DNA from: Neophaeotheca triangularis
Lineage: Eukaryota
Direction: 5' to 3'
Assembly (NCBI GenBank): GCA_054600435.1
Contig: BAAIJX010000024.1
Span: 1 to 64,000, forward strand
DNA: 64,000 nucleotides
The notes under the pieces are model-generated. The model worked only from the letters and a program-made list of their open reading frames with translations, was not told the DNA's origin and ran no database searches. A program made the position numbers and the translations under genes. This document shows, piece by piece, positions 10,494 to 22,530 of this stretch; position 1 is the first letter of the stretch, and each line of letters begins with the position of its first letter.

Positions 10494-11782
10494 ATGGACC
10501 TCACCGGCGATGATGATGACGAGGCCAACACCTACCAGCAAATTGTCAACGGGTACAAGGCTCAGCTCGTCAGGCTTCAAAGGCAAAAAGGCCAGTTCCT
10601 TGCGGAGAGGGCCAAACATGAAGCCGCCATGACCGAGGCCAGTACGAAAGCCGACGACTGTTCCCAAAGGATTGATCAAGTCCAAAAGCTTCTTCAAGAA
10701 GAGACTGAAGACCGTGCCCGTCAGGTAACAACTCCCATCGTACTATGACTGGGTCAAATACAATTTTACTGATTACTTTCTGACAGATCCAGACCAAGTC
10801 CGCCCGCCTGCGCCAAGTTAGCAGCACCCCCGACACCTCCCGGAGCAGCATTCGTCAAACTCCTGGTGAAACGCTCGCTGCCGGAGTGGAGAACGATCAG
10901 CGCGCCGAAGAGCAACCCGACGGCCAAACCCTCGTCTCCAACGACTTCATCACAAAGACTCACGCTCCTCGGCATTTCTTCGATCCGCTGCACGAGATTT
11001 CATCAGCCGTCGGACGCAATAGGATTTCAGTCGACTCCTTGCGTGATAGTACGGAGAGCATGTCGATGCCCCCGATCAACACCCGAGCCAAGCGTGATGC
11101 GCATGACATGCCCGAGGATACTGAACAGCCTGCGAAGAAACGCAAGTCCGACGGAAGCACGAGGGTGAAAAGCTTGAATAACGCCCACGCTCAGGCCACT
11201 ACTCAGGAAGATGAATACACGGTCCCAGATCATGGCCGCATTCCTGCGCGCTTCGGCGTACAAGATGCCGACGCAGATCAGGATCTTCACCAGCCAGGAA
11301 AGCAAACCTCAGGCAGCCTCAGACGCCGCAACTACAGCCACGCCAGCGCGTTCAACGACACTGCAGTGGACTCGACAAGGCCAACTCGGAATGATGAAGT
11401 CGAAGATCCCGATTTCGACCCGGACTCACTTAAAGAGAACGCAAGTTTGAATCTTCGTCGGAAAGGGAACTACGCCCCAAATCTTGGTTTTCGCAGGCCT
11501 GAGAGAGTGAACGCAAGATGGTATTGTACAGATTATCAGTGGGCAGCCTTGAGCGGCAGTATGAGGGAAGCACTTTCGCACGCTGGCAGGATGATGGAGG
11601 TCGAAGGGTACGGGGTGCTAGCCGATAAGCCCTGCAGCGCTTGCGAAGCCGAGGGCTGCGAATGCATCGTCTACCCGGTTGAGTACCAATTGAGAAATGG
11701 GCGGCGCTGTGCTCACTGCCGATACTCGACCAAATCGATCAAGAATCCGCGTTGTGAGTTTCCGGGAGACGAGAGGAAATGA
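10494..11782 (+). CDS. Hypothetical protein with N-terminal coiled coil and C-terminal divergent Zn2Cys6-like motif
   Basis: ORF 10494.. joins ORF 10886..11782 through an intron at ~10725-10786 (GTAACA...CTGACAG). C-terminal C-x2-C-x6-C-x14-C-x2-C-x11-C. Confidence 0.7.
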
Positions 11783-12244
11783 GCAGGAGGCCGGGGTCGC
11801 CGAGAACAGCATTCATGGGTATTGAAGCAATTCATGGTAGCTGGACCGGATTCCTTTAGATGCCAGCGAGCCGATTATTCTTCCAGGCTTGTGTCAGCTT
11901 TTCAAGCACGACTGGGGGTATATTGGATAGGACCTAGGTACTGTTCACGAGGTGGCGTCTGGTCGCGTACGTTTTGGCTCTGCACCAACGCGGATAAAGT
12001 CCGCCTTGACCGTGTCCACACACGGCCTGTGCTGGAAGCTGAGCAGGTCAACTAGGTACTACGGTAGTGAATATAACGAGTCACGCAGCTGAAGTGAAAT
12101 GTTTCAATCACTCAATGTCTCCGACTTTACCATCAGAGTGACCTAGGGAAAATGTACATGTGAAAGCAATTTTCCCTACTGTGACCTTGGTATCTACTTC
12201 TCAAGAACGAGCGGACGCATAACGAACCCGGGCATAATGTTGGC

Positions 12245-12251
12245 TTAGTAA
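12245..12251. promoter_or_regulatory. Yap1/AP-1-type site upstream of ERG28
   Basis: TTAGTAA within GCTTAGTAAGC, ~180 bp upstream of the ATG. A single short motif that could be chance. Confidence 0.25.
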
Positions 12252-12427
12252 GCAAGCATCACCAACCTGCCCACGATCGACTTCTTCACAACACGACGGC
12301 TCCATAGGCTCCAACCCTAATTCCCACGTCCTTCGCGCGCCCGGGCTCTCGCCTTCGCAAACCGAGCCTCGAGGGTCAAGACCTCCACTCCCTCAGCCAC
12401 GCCACGCCAAACCCTCCCACCGCCAAA

Positions 12428-12958
12428 ATGTTCACCAAACCAAGCGACCCCACCTCCTACCTCCCCCAACACCCCGGCCTCCTCCCCAAATGGCTCCTCT
12501 TCATCTCCCTAGTCTCGCTAGCAAACAGCATCCAATCCTACGCCTCCCTAGCAGGAACGCGCGAAGTCTACGCCGGCAACCCGGCCACGACTCCCCAAAA
12601 CCCCAGCGGAACCGGCGACGGCAGCAACGCCCACCCCTCAGCCGCGCCCTCGACCGCGCCCCCCAAAACCAACCCCTCCGCGACAACCTCACCCGTAACC
12701 CCCCTCTCCGCCCGCACTTTCGGCACTTGGACTACCATCACAGCTCTCGTGAGGTTGTACGCGGCGTATCACATCGACAACGGGCCGGTTTACGAGTTGG
12801 CGCTTTGGAGTTTTGTCGTTGCCGGGGGGCATTTTTATACCGAGTGGTTGGTTTATGGGACTGCGAGGTGGGGGCGTGGGCTGCTGGGGCCTTTGTGTGT
12901 GGCTACGGGGACGGGGACGTGGATGGTGTTGCAGTGGGGGAGTTACGTCAAGGCGTGA
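12428..12958 (+). CDS. ERG28: Ergosterol biosynthesis scaffold protein Erg28
   Basis: GLLPKWLLFISLVSLANSIQSY, VTPLSARTFGTWT, RLYAAYHI, HFYTEWLVY. Confidence 0.93.
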   Translation: MFTKPSDPTSYLPQHPGLLPKWLLFISLVSLANSIQSYASLAGTREVYAGNPATTPQNPSGTGDGSNAHPSAAPSTAPPKTNPSATTSPVTPLSARTFGTWTTITALVRLYAAYHIDNGPVYELALWSFVVAGGHFYTEWLVYGTARWGRGLLGPLCVATGTGTWMVLQWGSYVKA

Positions 12959-13625
12959 GGAGGGAAGGGAGGCGCTGGGCAGCCGGGCGGGCTTCGAGGG
13001 TCACGCGTGGATTGGAAGTAGTGTTGGCGGGACGGTATGTGTTGGGGGGAGGTGTGGAGGTGACCAGGCGAGGGACCTGGTCCCTGTGAATGATTCTCGC
13101 CGCGCGCAATCGACGCAACGACCCGGCTTGTGTGGCGAACAACGCGATACGCAGCCGGACGAGTCACAAGAACGACATCCAAACGTAGCCCAACTCAAAA
13201 CTCAAAAGAAAGATTCATCCACGGAAAGAATCTGGTTGAACAACCTATTTAACCATCCAACAGAGTCAAAAAGCCAAAAAACCACAACAAAATAACACAA
13301 AAAGCCCGGTTGAATGGGGTATCTTCGCACACAAAAAACACCATCGCCATATGCCCCCTTTTTGCGGCAGCAAAGCAACTCCGCCACGCAAATCGCCACG
13401 TTGGATGCAACACCCTTTTTTTTTCTCACGTCAATCGTACGTCTTTCGTCTTGTTCACCGTTTGAAAGCCGGTGCCCAGGTTGACTGAACCCGAGCCTTT
13501 TGGTCTTGTTGAAGACCCGCTCTGTCGTCACTCCCCTTTTGTATTCAACGCAGATCACCCGTCTTGATGTAGCTGTATCACCGCTCCGTTACCTCTAGCA
13601 TCGTCGACCATTTCCGTGTATACGT

Positions 13626-15608
13626 CTAATTCTTCACTTCAGCCGTGCTAGCGAGCTGCTCAGCACCATTGACAGCGTTATTCCCATCCGGCACGCCATT
13701 CGTCTCGGGCTTTGTAGGCGGCGTCTGCTTCTCCCCACTCTCCGCCAGCGGTTTCTCCACGCTTCCATTAGCGGTAGGTTTCTCAGTCTCGATGTGCCCA
13801 TTCGTTGTAGGCGCCTTCACCTCATCGATACCCTCGACTCGCAAACCATCAAAGAGTGGGAAAATGCCCCGTGTTTGGCGGAAATCGTTGTGCACGATGT
13901 TGACCAAGTACCAAGACTCGTTGAGCTCAGTGATGAGTTTGCGGCTCTCTGAGCCCTCGTCGTAGCACTTGCTCCATTCACTGCCAAGCATGTAGAACTC
14001 GTCACGCCAGGCGAGGAAAGAGACAGTCTCCACGATTGTGGGCTGAACGATTTCTTTGCCCGGAAAGACACCCCAGGTTACGGCATTGGGGCCGCCGTCC
14101 TTGGGGGCGTTGGTGCGAAGGGTGCCGGCGTTGTCGACCGCGTAGTAGGTTACTTCCGGGTCACTTTCCATGCGTTGGATGAGAGTTTCGATGATCGATG
14201 GAGGGATAAAGACTTCGAGGTAGGCTTTTTGATAAACGTAGCCGTTTTTCGGGCCCCAGCCGTAGATGGGGTGGCTGGACTTGGCACCGTCGACGGCGGG
14301 CTGGGAGTTGATGGTTAGAAGGCCACGGCGGTTGAGGGATATGAGGTCGTCGCGGAGCACGTCGGCTTCCGATGAGATTGGGGCTTCGCTCCAGGGAAGG
14401 GTTTCGACGCGGCCTTCCATGAAGCCGGCGAAGAGGTTCGCAATATCTTGGTAGCTGGTAGGCGAGCCCCAGAGTTTGCGATTGTGCTCGTTCGTCCCTT
14501 TGAGACCTATACCGTACGCATCGAGCTCACCGTAGGCCGGAGAGCGGGAGTCACCCCAGCGGCCGTTGGGGAATTCGTCCCAATCCTGAGTGCGGGCAAC
14601 GTACGAGCGGTTGCGGTTACGCCAGAAGATGGGTCGGACGTTCTCGTCGCGGCGGTTGAGGCCGAGACTTTGACGCCATGGAAGAGGCTTGAGGTCGGGA
14701 TCGTGGGAGTCGGAAGGTGGAGTGACGGCCAACTCTTCCAAAACCATCTGCGTGGCAATTGCAAGGTTCATGGTGTAGAAGTGTAAATGCATGACTCCAG
14801 CATCCAACAGACGTCGACAAAAGTCAGCGACAAGACCCTTGCCAACCTCACGAACAGCACCGTCGTCGTTCTGCACCGGTTCGAGGGCTTCGTTCCAATG
14901 CGGAGGGATGCGGCAGTTGGTCCAGTTCGCACGGCGTAGGAAGGACGCGTGCGTCTGAATCGGCATGATCCCCGGGATGATTATCACACTCTCGGGCACA
15001 CCCGCTTCTCTGACCTTCTTCATCCAGTCGATAAAGATATCGGCATCGTAGCACATTTGGGTGACGACGAAAGTGCCACCGGCATCAATCTTCTCCTTGA
15101 GGAATGGAATGTGGCCTTCTTGATCCGTCTCCTCATCACAGCCCTCGGGATACCCGGCCACACCAATGTCGAAATGATCCCCGTACTTCTCCTTGATGTA
15201 TTTGATCAGATCCCTCGCGTACCTAAACCCACCCTCAGTGGCCTCCCACTTCTCCTTCTCTCGTGGGGGATCACCCCTCAGCGCCAGAATGTTGGTGCAT
15301 CCGGCATTGTAGGCCTCCTTCAGACCCTCGTCAATTTTCGACCTCTCCATGTCAGTGCAAGTCAAGTGCATGCATGTCTCCAGACCGTAAGCTGACTGCG
15401 CCACTTTGACCATTTCGCAGGTCAGGTTGGAGTGTCGGCCTCCAGCGCCCCAGGTGACGTCAATGAAGGCAGGTCCGAGAGAGTGCATGCGGTCCATGCG
15501 GTCGTAGAGATTTTGTACCCCCTGGGCTGTTTTGGGAGGAAAGTATTCGAAGGAGTAGGTCGGTCGGCCTTCGGCGTGGGCGGCGGCCAGTTTCTTGGAG
15601 ATGTGCAT
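13626..15608 (-). CDS. MET13: Methylenetetrahydrofolate reductase
   Basis: SFEYFPPKT, DVTWGAGG, MHLTC, ILALRGD, HFYTMNL, and the regulatory domain WDEFPNGRWGDSRSPAYG. Confidence 0.95.
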   Translation of the reverse strand: MHISKKLAAAHAEGRPTYSFEYFPPKTAQGVQNLYDRMDRMHSLGPAFIDVTWGAGGRHSNLTCEMVKVAQSAYGLETCMHLTCTDMERSKIDEGLKEAYNAGCTNILALRGDPPREKEKWEATEGGFRYARDLIKYIKEKYGDHFDIGVAGYPEGCDEETDQEGHIPFLKEKIDAGGTFVVTQMCYDADIFIDWMKKVREAGVPESVIIIPGIMPIQTHASFLRRANWTNCRIPPHWNEALEPVQNDDGAVREVGKGLVADFCRRLLDAGVMHLHFYTMNLAIATQMVLEELAVTPPSDSHDPDLKPLPWRQSLGLNRRDENVRPIFWRNRNRSYVARTQDWDEFPNGRWGDSRSPAYGELDAYGIGLKGTNEHNRKLWGSPTSYQDIANLFAGFMEGRVETLPWSEAPISSEADVLRDDLISLNRRGLLTINSQPAVDGAKSSHPIYGWGPKNGYVYQKAYLEVFIPPSIIETLIQRMESDPEVTYYAVDNAGTLRTNAPKDGGPNAVTWGVFPGKEIVQPTIVETVSFLAWRDEFYMLGSEWSKCYDEGSESRKLITELNESWYLVNIVHNDFRQTRGIFPLFDGLRVEGIDEVKAPTTNGHIETEKPTANGSVEKPLAESGEKQTPPTKPETNGVPDGNNAVNGAEQLASTAEVKN

Positions 15609-16305
15609 GTTGGCTGGTTGGGTTGGATGGGAAGGCAGAATTTCAGGGTGTTCGGAGTCTCCAGAAAAGGGAGAGATCGGAGGTGGTAGAAAAGGGGTTT
15701 CTTTGAGAACAATGCTAACAGAAGACGTGGAAAAAGGGCCAAAGTGTGATGTGATGTTCTGGGTGAATTTAGTTCTTGTTGGAGTATCTCTTGTGATCTG
15801 CGAGCTCCTGTTGGTTGTACAATGACATTATTACCGAGGGTAGGTGTCAGAGTGAGTGTTGTTAGGAAGCCGGGGAGAGATGGAAAGATGAAGACATGGT
15901 GGTGTTGCAAAAGAAAGAAGTCAACCTTGGCCAACGTTGAAGGAATGTCCGACACGGCGGGACCAAGAGTACTATGTACTAGTACCTAGGAAGACTACGA
16001 AAGCAACCCCACTCCCAAAAAGTTGCACCAAGACAGGACAGGCACCACCCGACCCCCACCCCACACTTGACGTCGTCTTTGGACCTCGCCTACACCTGCA
16101 GTAGTACCTACTACTACCTACTCCTCGTCTCAACATGGTAATCCGTTGGAACGAGCTAGTAAGTAACAATACACGTTGCCATTTATAAAATACGCAGAGT
16201 AATAAACACCTCCTCTCCCACAACTCTACTCTCATTATCTCTCTCTTAACCACCCCACTACCACCTAAACACCCACCAACCTCCCAACAACACCCATCCT
16301 AAACA

Positions 16306-17088
16306 ATGGCACCCCTCCCCTCCACCCGCCCCAAACGCCTCCTCGGCACCTCTCTCAAAATGTACTTCGACCTACCCAGCACCCTCCGATACATTGACGC
16401 AGTCGCCTCCCTCGCCCCAACCGCCGAAAGCGCCAACCTCGATCTCTTCGTCATCCCCGACTTCCTCACAATCCTACCCTCGCAAGCCAAACTCAAAGAC
16501 ACTTCCGTCCTCCTCGGCGCCCAAGACACTTACTCCGCCGACTCGGGAGCTTTCACTGGAGAAGTCTCGCCGCTTAGTCTGGCGCAAGCGGGCGTGAGGA
16601 TTGTCGAAGTCGGGCATGCCGAACGGAGGAGACTTTTTGGAGAGGATGATGAGGAGGTGGGGAGGAAGTGTGAGGCGGTTTGTAGGAATGGGATGGTGCC
16701 GCTTGTGTGTATTGGGGAGAAGGCGGCGCCGAATGTGGGTGCGCCGGCGAGTGCGGCGGTGGGCAAGGCGGTGGAAGAGTGTAGGCCGCAGATTCAGGCT
16801 GCGTTGAAGGGAGTGCCGGACGAGGCGGAGGTTGTGCTGGCTTATGAGCCGGTCTGGGCGATTGGGGCTAGTCAGCCTGCTGGAGCGGATCATGTTGTTG
16901 GTGTAGCGCAGGGTTTGAGGGGAATGGTTGAGGGTCGCAAGGGGAGAACCAGGATCTTGTATGGAGGTTCTGCTGGCCCAGGAACGTTTGAGGCGTTGAA
17001 GGATGGAGTGGACGGGTTGTTTTTGGGGAGGTTCGCCCATGACACGGAGAATTTGAAGAAGGTTATCGAGGAGATGGGGAGACCGTGA
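16306..17088 (+). CDS. Triosephosphate-isomerase-family protein, non-glycolytic (tetrulose-phosphate isomerase-like) type
   Basis: SLKMYF, GAQD, GAFTGEVS, GHAERR, AYEPVWAIG, YGGS, GLFLGRFAHD. Confidence 0.85.
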   Translation: MAPLPSTRPKRLLGTSLKMYFDLPSTLRYIDAVASLAPTAESANLDLFVIPDFLTILPSQAKLKDTSVLLGAQDTYSADSGAFTGEVSPLSLAQAGVRIVEVGHAERRRLFGEDDEEVGRKCEAVCRNGMVPLVCIGEKAAPNVGAPASAAVGKAVEECRPQIQAALKGVPDEAEVVLAYEPVWAIGASQPAGADHVVGVAQGLRGMVEGRKGRTRILYGGSAGPGTFEALKDGVDGLFLGRFAHDTENLKKVIEEMGRP

Positions 17089-17887
17089 GGAGCGTTTATA
17101 TCTTCTGTTCACGATGCAGCTGAGCGTAATGCAAACGCAAAGTACATGAATCAAATACTCTCGAACAAAACCAAGAAGGGAGGCTCCAGGAAGGAAGATA
17201 CCAAATTCCGAGGTGCTTCCTAACATTGCGCCAGATTCCACTCATAGTTTACTCAGCCGCCAAGGTGAACACAAACGACCACGAGGATCGAACGGGGACC
17301 TAGGCAGTAGACTCAATTGGGAGATACATCGAATCAACCACAGGACCAAGCTTGTGAGTGCCTGGTGTTGGGTCGAATATATACGCGCAATCAAGATTGC
17401 TTTAAAAGCGGGACTTTTGGGCACTTTGCAAACACACTGCCTGGGTAGACATCATCTAAGCTGTTTTGAAATTCATGGGTCCAGAATGTCCCTATACAAG
17501 ACATCTCAATCTCAATCTGAAAGTGCCTCCACCTGATATCCAAAGCCCCTGACCTTCTCGGCGTCAATCACTCAACTGCACAATTCCCACAACCATTGAC
17601 ATCGGCCGAACCTACCAACTCAACTGGACTTTCCCATACTCAAGGCCTTACCTCACGGTGCAATAATTGGAGGCGCAGCACATACAACGAAGACGTCCCT
17701 GCTCGCGAAGATCATCTTTACTTGCCAGAGACTTCGACCTACTGAGAGATGGGACACTTTCATCTCGACGCCGAATGCGTACACGAAAGGATGATGCTCG
17801 GTAGCACTGCTTGCAAAGTCTCACGCAAGGCCGATCAGGTATCAATCAATTGTTGCATGAATGTGATGAGTTTGCTCGTAGCGTTGG

Positions 17888-17889
<2 letters not shown>

Positions 17890-17922
<33 letters not shown>
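17890..17922. repeat. (GAGCAC)n hexanucleotide repeat
   Basis: About five tandem copies. Confidence 0.9.
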
Positions 17923-17923
<1 letters not shown>

Positions 17924-18776
17924 CAACAAGGACTGCTGTTCTTGGTAGTATGCGGAGTGACGATGAGACTTTGAGACAACTCATAAGGTCGGCGCATGCG
18001 CGTGGTTCTTCTCTTGGAGTGTTCGGACATGGCTTTGGTTTCTTCTCCGTTCGGTTACATAGCTTTTCTTGATGAGTGAAGGCGATCTTGGAGTAGTGAA
18101 GTTGGAGTCGTACAGTCGTCAGGCCAACGGTGAGAACTTGGGGTACACTAGGCGCGGCAACGACGGGGCGCTTAAAGGCGAGTGCCGGTTACAGATTCGA
18201 GGCTTCGGTCATGGTCGGATTTGATGAATTCATCACGGAGATGGGTAAACATTGACAACGCGCCTAAAAAAAACCGCGACGCGCTGGTGGTTGTTGTTGT
18301 TTGGGAGAGCCGAACAGCGAACGCCTTATTGTTGCATTAGTGTGGAGAGATAGTAGAACGGGCATCACATTGACCCTGCAGCTTGTCCGTCTCATCATTA
18401 CTTGGTATTAATAATTATCTGTGACGGGAGGCTGGAAGGCTGAGGCCAGCCACCCACCTTATTACTCTTCCCCCAATGCCCAACTACTTTCGGTCGCAGG
18501 GCAAACAGTGCTGATTACCCATCAACACCATCTCCCAGCCTCTGTACCAATTCCGCCCCTTTCCCATTCGTGAAAATACTTCCGACCGTTACAATTACCA
18601 ACTATTCTACAATCTGTTCCTCACTCTTGACCAAAAACCTGCAAACCCCGTCTGTTCACTCCATCTCGCTTCACTAAGCGAGAACCACCCGCCAACCACC
18701 CGGCTTCTCATAAGCGCCATCCCCCATCTGACTGCCAACCCTTCCTCCTTCTCTTTTCTTCTCTTTTTCGATCACA

Positions 18777-19962
18777 ATGTTCTTCAAACGCCTATCCCGC
18801 TCTCGCAGCAACTCCCAATCCTACGTCGACAACTCCCCGCACGACTCCAAAGCCAACAGTCAAGACTACGGCAACGACAAGTTCCGCGACGACTACGACG
18901 ATCGTCGTCCGCCCTCTTCCCGGCAGAGCAACCAGCAAGCCCCACAGCTCGGCGACCCGCTCAACAAAGAATCAGGCGGAGGCGGCATGTACGCCCGCCC
19001 GCAGCAGCCTCAAGAGGTGCAGCACGGGGGCTACGGGTCACCGCCGGTTAGTGGAGGCGGAGCGAGAGGCATGAACGGTGGCAGTGGCGGCTACGGCAGC
19101 TACGATGGTGGACAAGACATGAAGAGCGGCGGTGGCAGCGGTGGCATGGGTAGTGGAGGTGGCAGCACCGGCGGCGCTCCAGACCTGCTGCTCGCGGCTT
19201 TCAACCAGGCGCTCAAACCGTACAACGACAAAGTCGACACCCTCGAAGCCGAGATTGCCGACCTCCGCGCCTACATTGATCAATTGGAGGCCCAGCGCAG
19301 CGATGTGCACGCGTGGATCGACAAGCGCGGTCTCCGACCAGGTAAGCTGCGCCTTCATTCAGAATTAGCAAGAACAGACCCACTGACACCACATCACAGA
19401 CGTACCCCCAAGCATCGCCCACCAAATGGACAGCACAACCTCATCCTCCTCCCCTACTCACGCCGCCGCAACCCTGAACGCGCAACTCGACCGCAAAATC
19501 ACAATCGTAAACTTCGACCTTCACCGCCTACAAGACGACCTCAACGACTCCCTCCCAACCCCAAGCTTCAGCGCCTGCATGCTCAAGTTCCTCCCCGATA
19601 TCTCACGCCTGTCGGCCCTGCCATCCGGGCCGCGCTACGGTTTCGACCTCCTGCTCAAACTAGGCGGCAACCTAAACTCCCATGGCGGGTTGGAAAACGG
19701 CGACGAAGAGGACTTGAACGAACGCCGGGCCTTTTACGGCAGGCTCGATGATTCAATGGTGGAAGTCGTACGCGGCAGGTTCAGGGAGGAGGGCGATAGC
19801 TGGGGCGTGCAGAGGGAGATCAAACGTATCGAGAAGACGGGAGCATATCTCAGGAATTGGGGCGTTGAACCTTATTTCCCCCGGACGTTGGAGGTCATGC
19901 GTGAGGGCAGTGGCATGAGTCAAGGGGCTGTTGGTGGTGCCGCGAGCCCTGGGGCGTACTAG
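18777..19962 (+). CDS. Fungal hypothetical protein (G/S-rich N-terminus, coiled coil), 2 exons
   Basis: Intron ~19342-19399 joins ...WIDKRGLRP|DVPPSIA... to ORF 19426..19962. Confidence 0.8.
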
Positions 19963-20757
19963 GAGACGCCGCAGGGGGAATCGTCGGGGGCTGCTAATGT
20001 TGATCGCAAGGCTGAACCGGTTGCGGAGAGTGAGAAGCGTGGCTCTGGTGTTGAGAGCACGCAGAGTTCTCCCAACTTGGGCACGGCGAAGAAGGTGCAG
20101 TTCCATCGTGCCAAAGCGTCGCTGGGGAGTGTGTGAACTACATCGACTGACGAGCTGCTCGTTGCTGGATACGGAGTCGGAAAGGGTGGGTGTAGTGGAG
20201 CCAACGTTGTGCACATACCGGGTACAGCAGCAGTATATTCTAACGACTGGTCACGAACGGGATTACGGGCGTCAATAATCGAAGCAAGGGGTAGAAGGGA
20301 AAGGCGTTGCATCTTCTCCTCGATATGGGTTTGCTTATGGGTACTTTTCTTTCTTTTCGCTTGCTTCGAGTGGGCTTTGTGTAATAATTCTTTGCTCCGG
20401 CTGTTTTAAGCTGGCATTGGTAGATAGAATCGGTATGGTCGTTCATAACGCTACTTTCTCCGCCTAGCTGGAAGAGTGAAGTGTTGCTTTGTCCTACTTC
20501 TTTCGATTTGACGCCGTACTTCTCGCCGAAGATGCTCGGGTCGAATTGGCTTCCAAGTTATCAGCAGGATAGGTCCGTGCACAACGACAGCTACGCTTCA
20601 CTTGAGGCCAGCTAAGCTAGGTAGCGGAGCTTTGTCGCTGCCTGCTCGATTGCGACAACTTCTCCAATCCAGCAATTTAAGGTGCACAACGCCCTCGCAA
20701 CACAACACAAGCCTTGAAGAATAAAATTATTTGCCTGAACCGACTGCTGTACAAGCA

Positions 20758-21905
20758 ATGGCAGCCATGATGCCCTCGGGGCCCACCAACAGCGGAAACC
20801 AAACCGCCAACCCCTACGACCGCTACGACGCGCCCACCGACGGCGACGACCTGATAGACCCCGATGACGGTAAGCGAGCCAAACCGCTTCCCAAAGAAAG
20901 ACAATTTACTGAACAAAGAACTAACTCCCCATCCCCTCAGCAACCCTCGACGACCTCGACGACCCCCGCGCCGCCCCTCAAAGCACCTCCTCCCGCGCAC
21001 CCTTAACCGGGCAAATCACGCCCTCAACCTCCCAAGCCCGCTCCGCCCATAATGCTTCCTCCAACACCCAATCCTACCTCAACAACACGATCCGCGGCGA
21101 AGACCGACGAGCGGCGCAAAACACCATCGACGAGAGCGTGTGGGAAACATTACGCCGCGACTTGCTAGCCGTTTGGGAGAAGATGCGGCAAGTGCTGTAC
21201 CCCAAGTACTTGCTGGGGGGTGTGTTGAACAACAGTGCCGAGGGCGGGATGAGCGAGGGAGTTGGCGGGGTTAGGGGATTGGTGGGGAGGTGGCCCGATG
21301 CGGAAGCGCTGGTGCAGGGGGGCATGAGTGAGGGGCTCAGGGATTGGGATCTTTGGGGCCCGTTGCTGTTTTGTCTGTTGTTGAGCTTTTTGCTCAGTTT
21401 GAATGCGAGGGAGGCGCAGGGGGAGTTGGTTTTCTCCGGGGTTTTCGCGACGGTGTGGATTGGGGAGGCCTTGGTGACGGTGCAGATTAAGCTGTTGGGG
21501 GGGAATGTGTGAGTGCCTTTTTCCCTTTTCTTTTCCTCACTTGCTTCTTCCCCGGTTTTGGTTGCGAGGGTGGTGGCTTGGTTTGAGCCAGACCGAGCCG
21601 AAAGGAGGACGAATTGGTCTTGATTCTTGATACTAACTCGCTTCCGCATCTGCAGCTCCTTCTTCCAAGCCATCTGCATTATAGGCTACACGCTTTTCCC
21701 GCTCGTCATCGCCGCCCTTCTCTCGGCCCTGCACGTGCCAACCATCATTCGTCTCCCACTCTTCGCAGTTCTAGGGCTCTGGTCGCTAGCTGCGGGCGTC
21801 AGCATTCTGGGTGGTTCGGGAGTTGTCAAGGATAAAGTTGGTCTTGCGGTGTACCCGCTATTCTTGTTTTATCTGGGACTGGCTTGTCTGTGTTTTATTT
21901 CGTGA
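20758..21905 (+). CDS. Yip1-domain Golgi/ER membrane protein (Yip4-like)
   Basis: NTIDESVWETLRRDL, WDLWGPLLFCL, SFFQAICIIGYTLFP, LAVYPLFLFY. Two introns. Confidence 0.9.
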
Positions 21906-22530
21906 TTTGCTGGGAGCGGGAGGGGTGATGGGCGTGTTTTTGTATGGTGGGAAGACGGGGGTACTGTGCTAGGACCGGAAGGGATTGTCGGTGGTGGTGG
22001 AAGGGTTTGTCACTACTATATGGCACTGTTGAGCTAAGGTCTCCAGTATGCTTAGAATTCGTCAAGTTTCCACAAAATATCACGCTTGGTTTGACACTCC
22101 AGCTGTGTCGGCCGTATAATCAATCTCACACAGGGGATCAAGTCTCCATGCCCTGTTGAACGTTCAAAGAGACAAACAATATCTCAAGCAACGCTCTATG
22201 GGTATCCATCTTCCAGCAAAAAGCCGAGCATCCAATTCGTAGTTCTCATGTGCCCCTCCGATCGTGCCACAGATAGGAAGCGCCATACATATATCAGCCA
22301 AACAGACAAAGGATTTCCACTAAATTCCATACTGGCGCCGTTGCCACGCCTATACCGAACACCGAAACGCCAATCCCAAGAACAGCAACATCCGTATCAA
22401 GACCTCCATTCATCATTCGTGTCGCTCACGGCTCTTTCCGTGCTGGATCCGTCCCGAACACCTCAGCCCGACGCTCGAGGATGGTAAGCGATATGCAGTC
22501 GGATTTCGAGAAACCCCGAAGCACTTCGAA

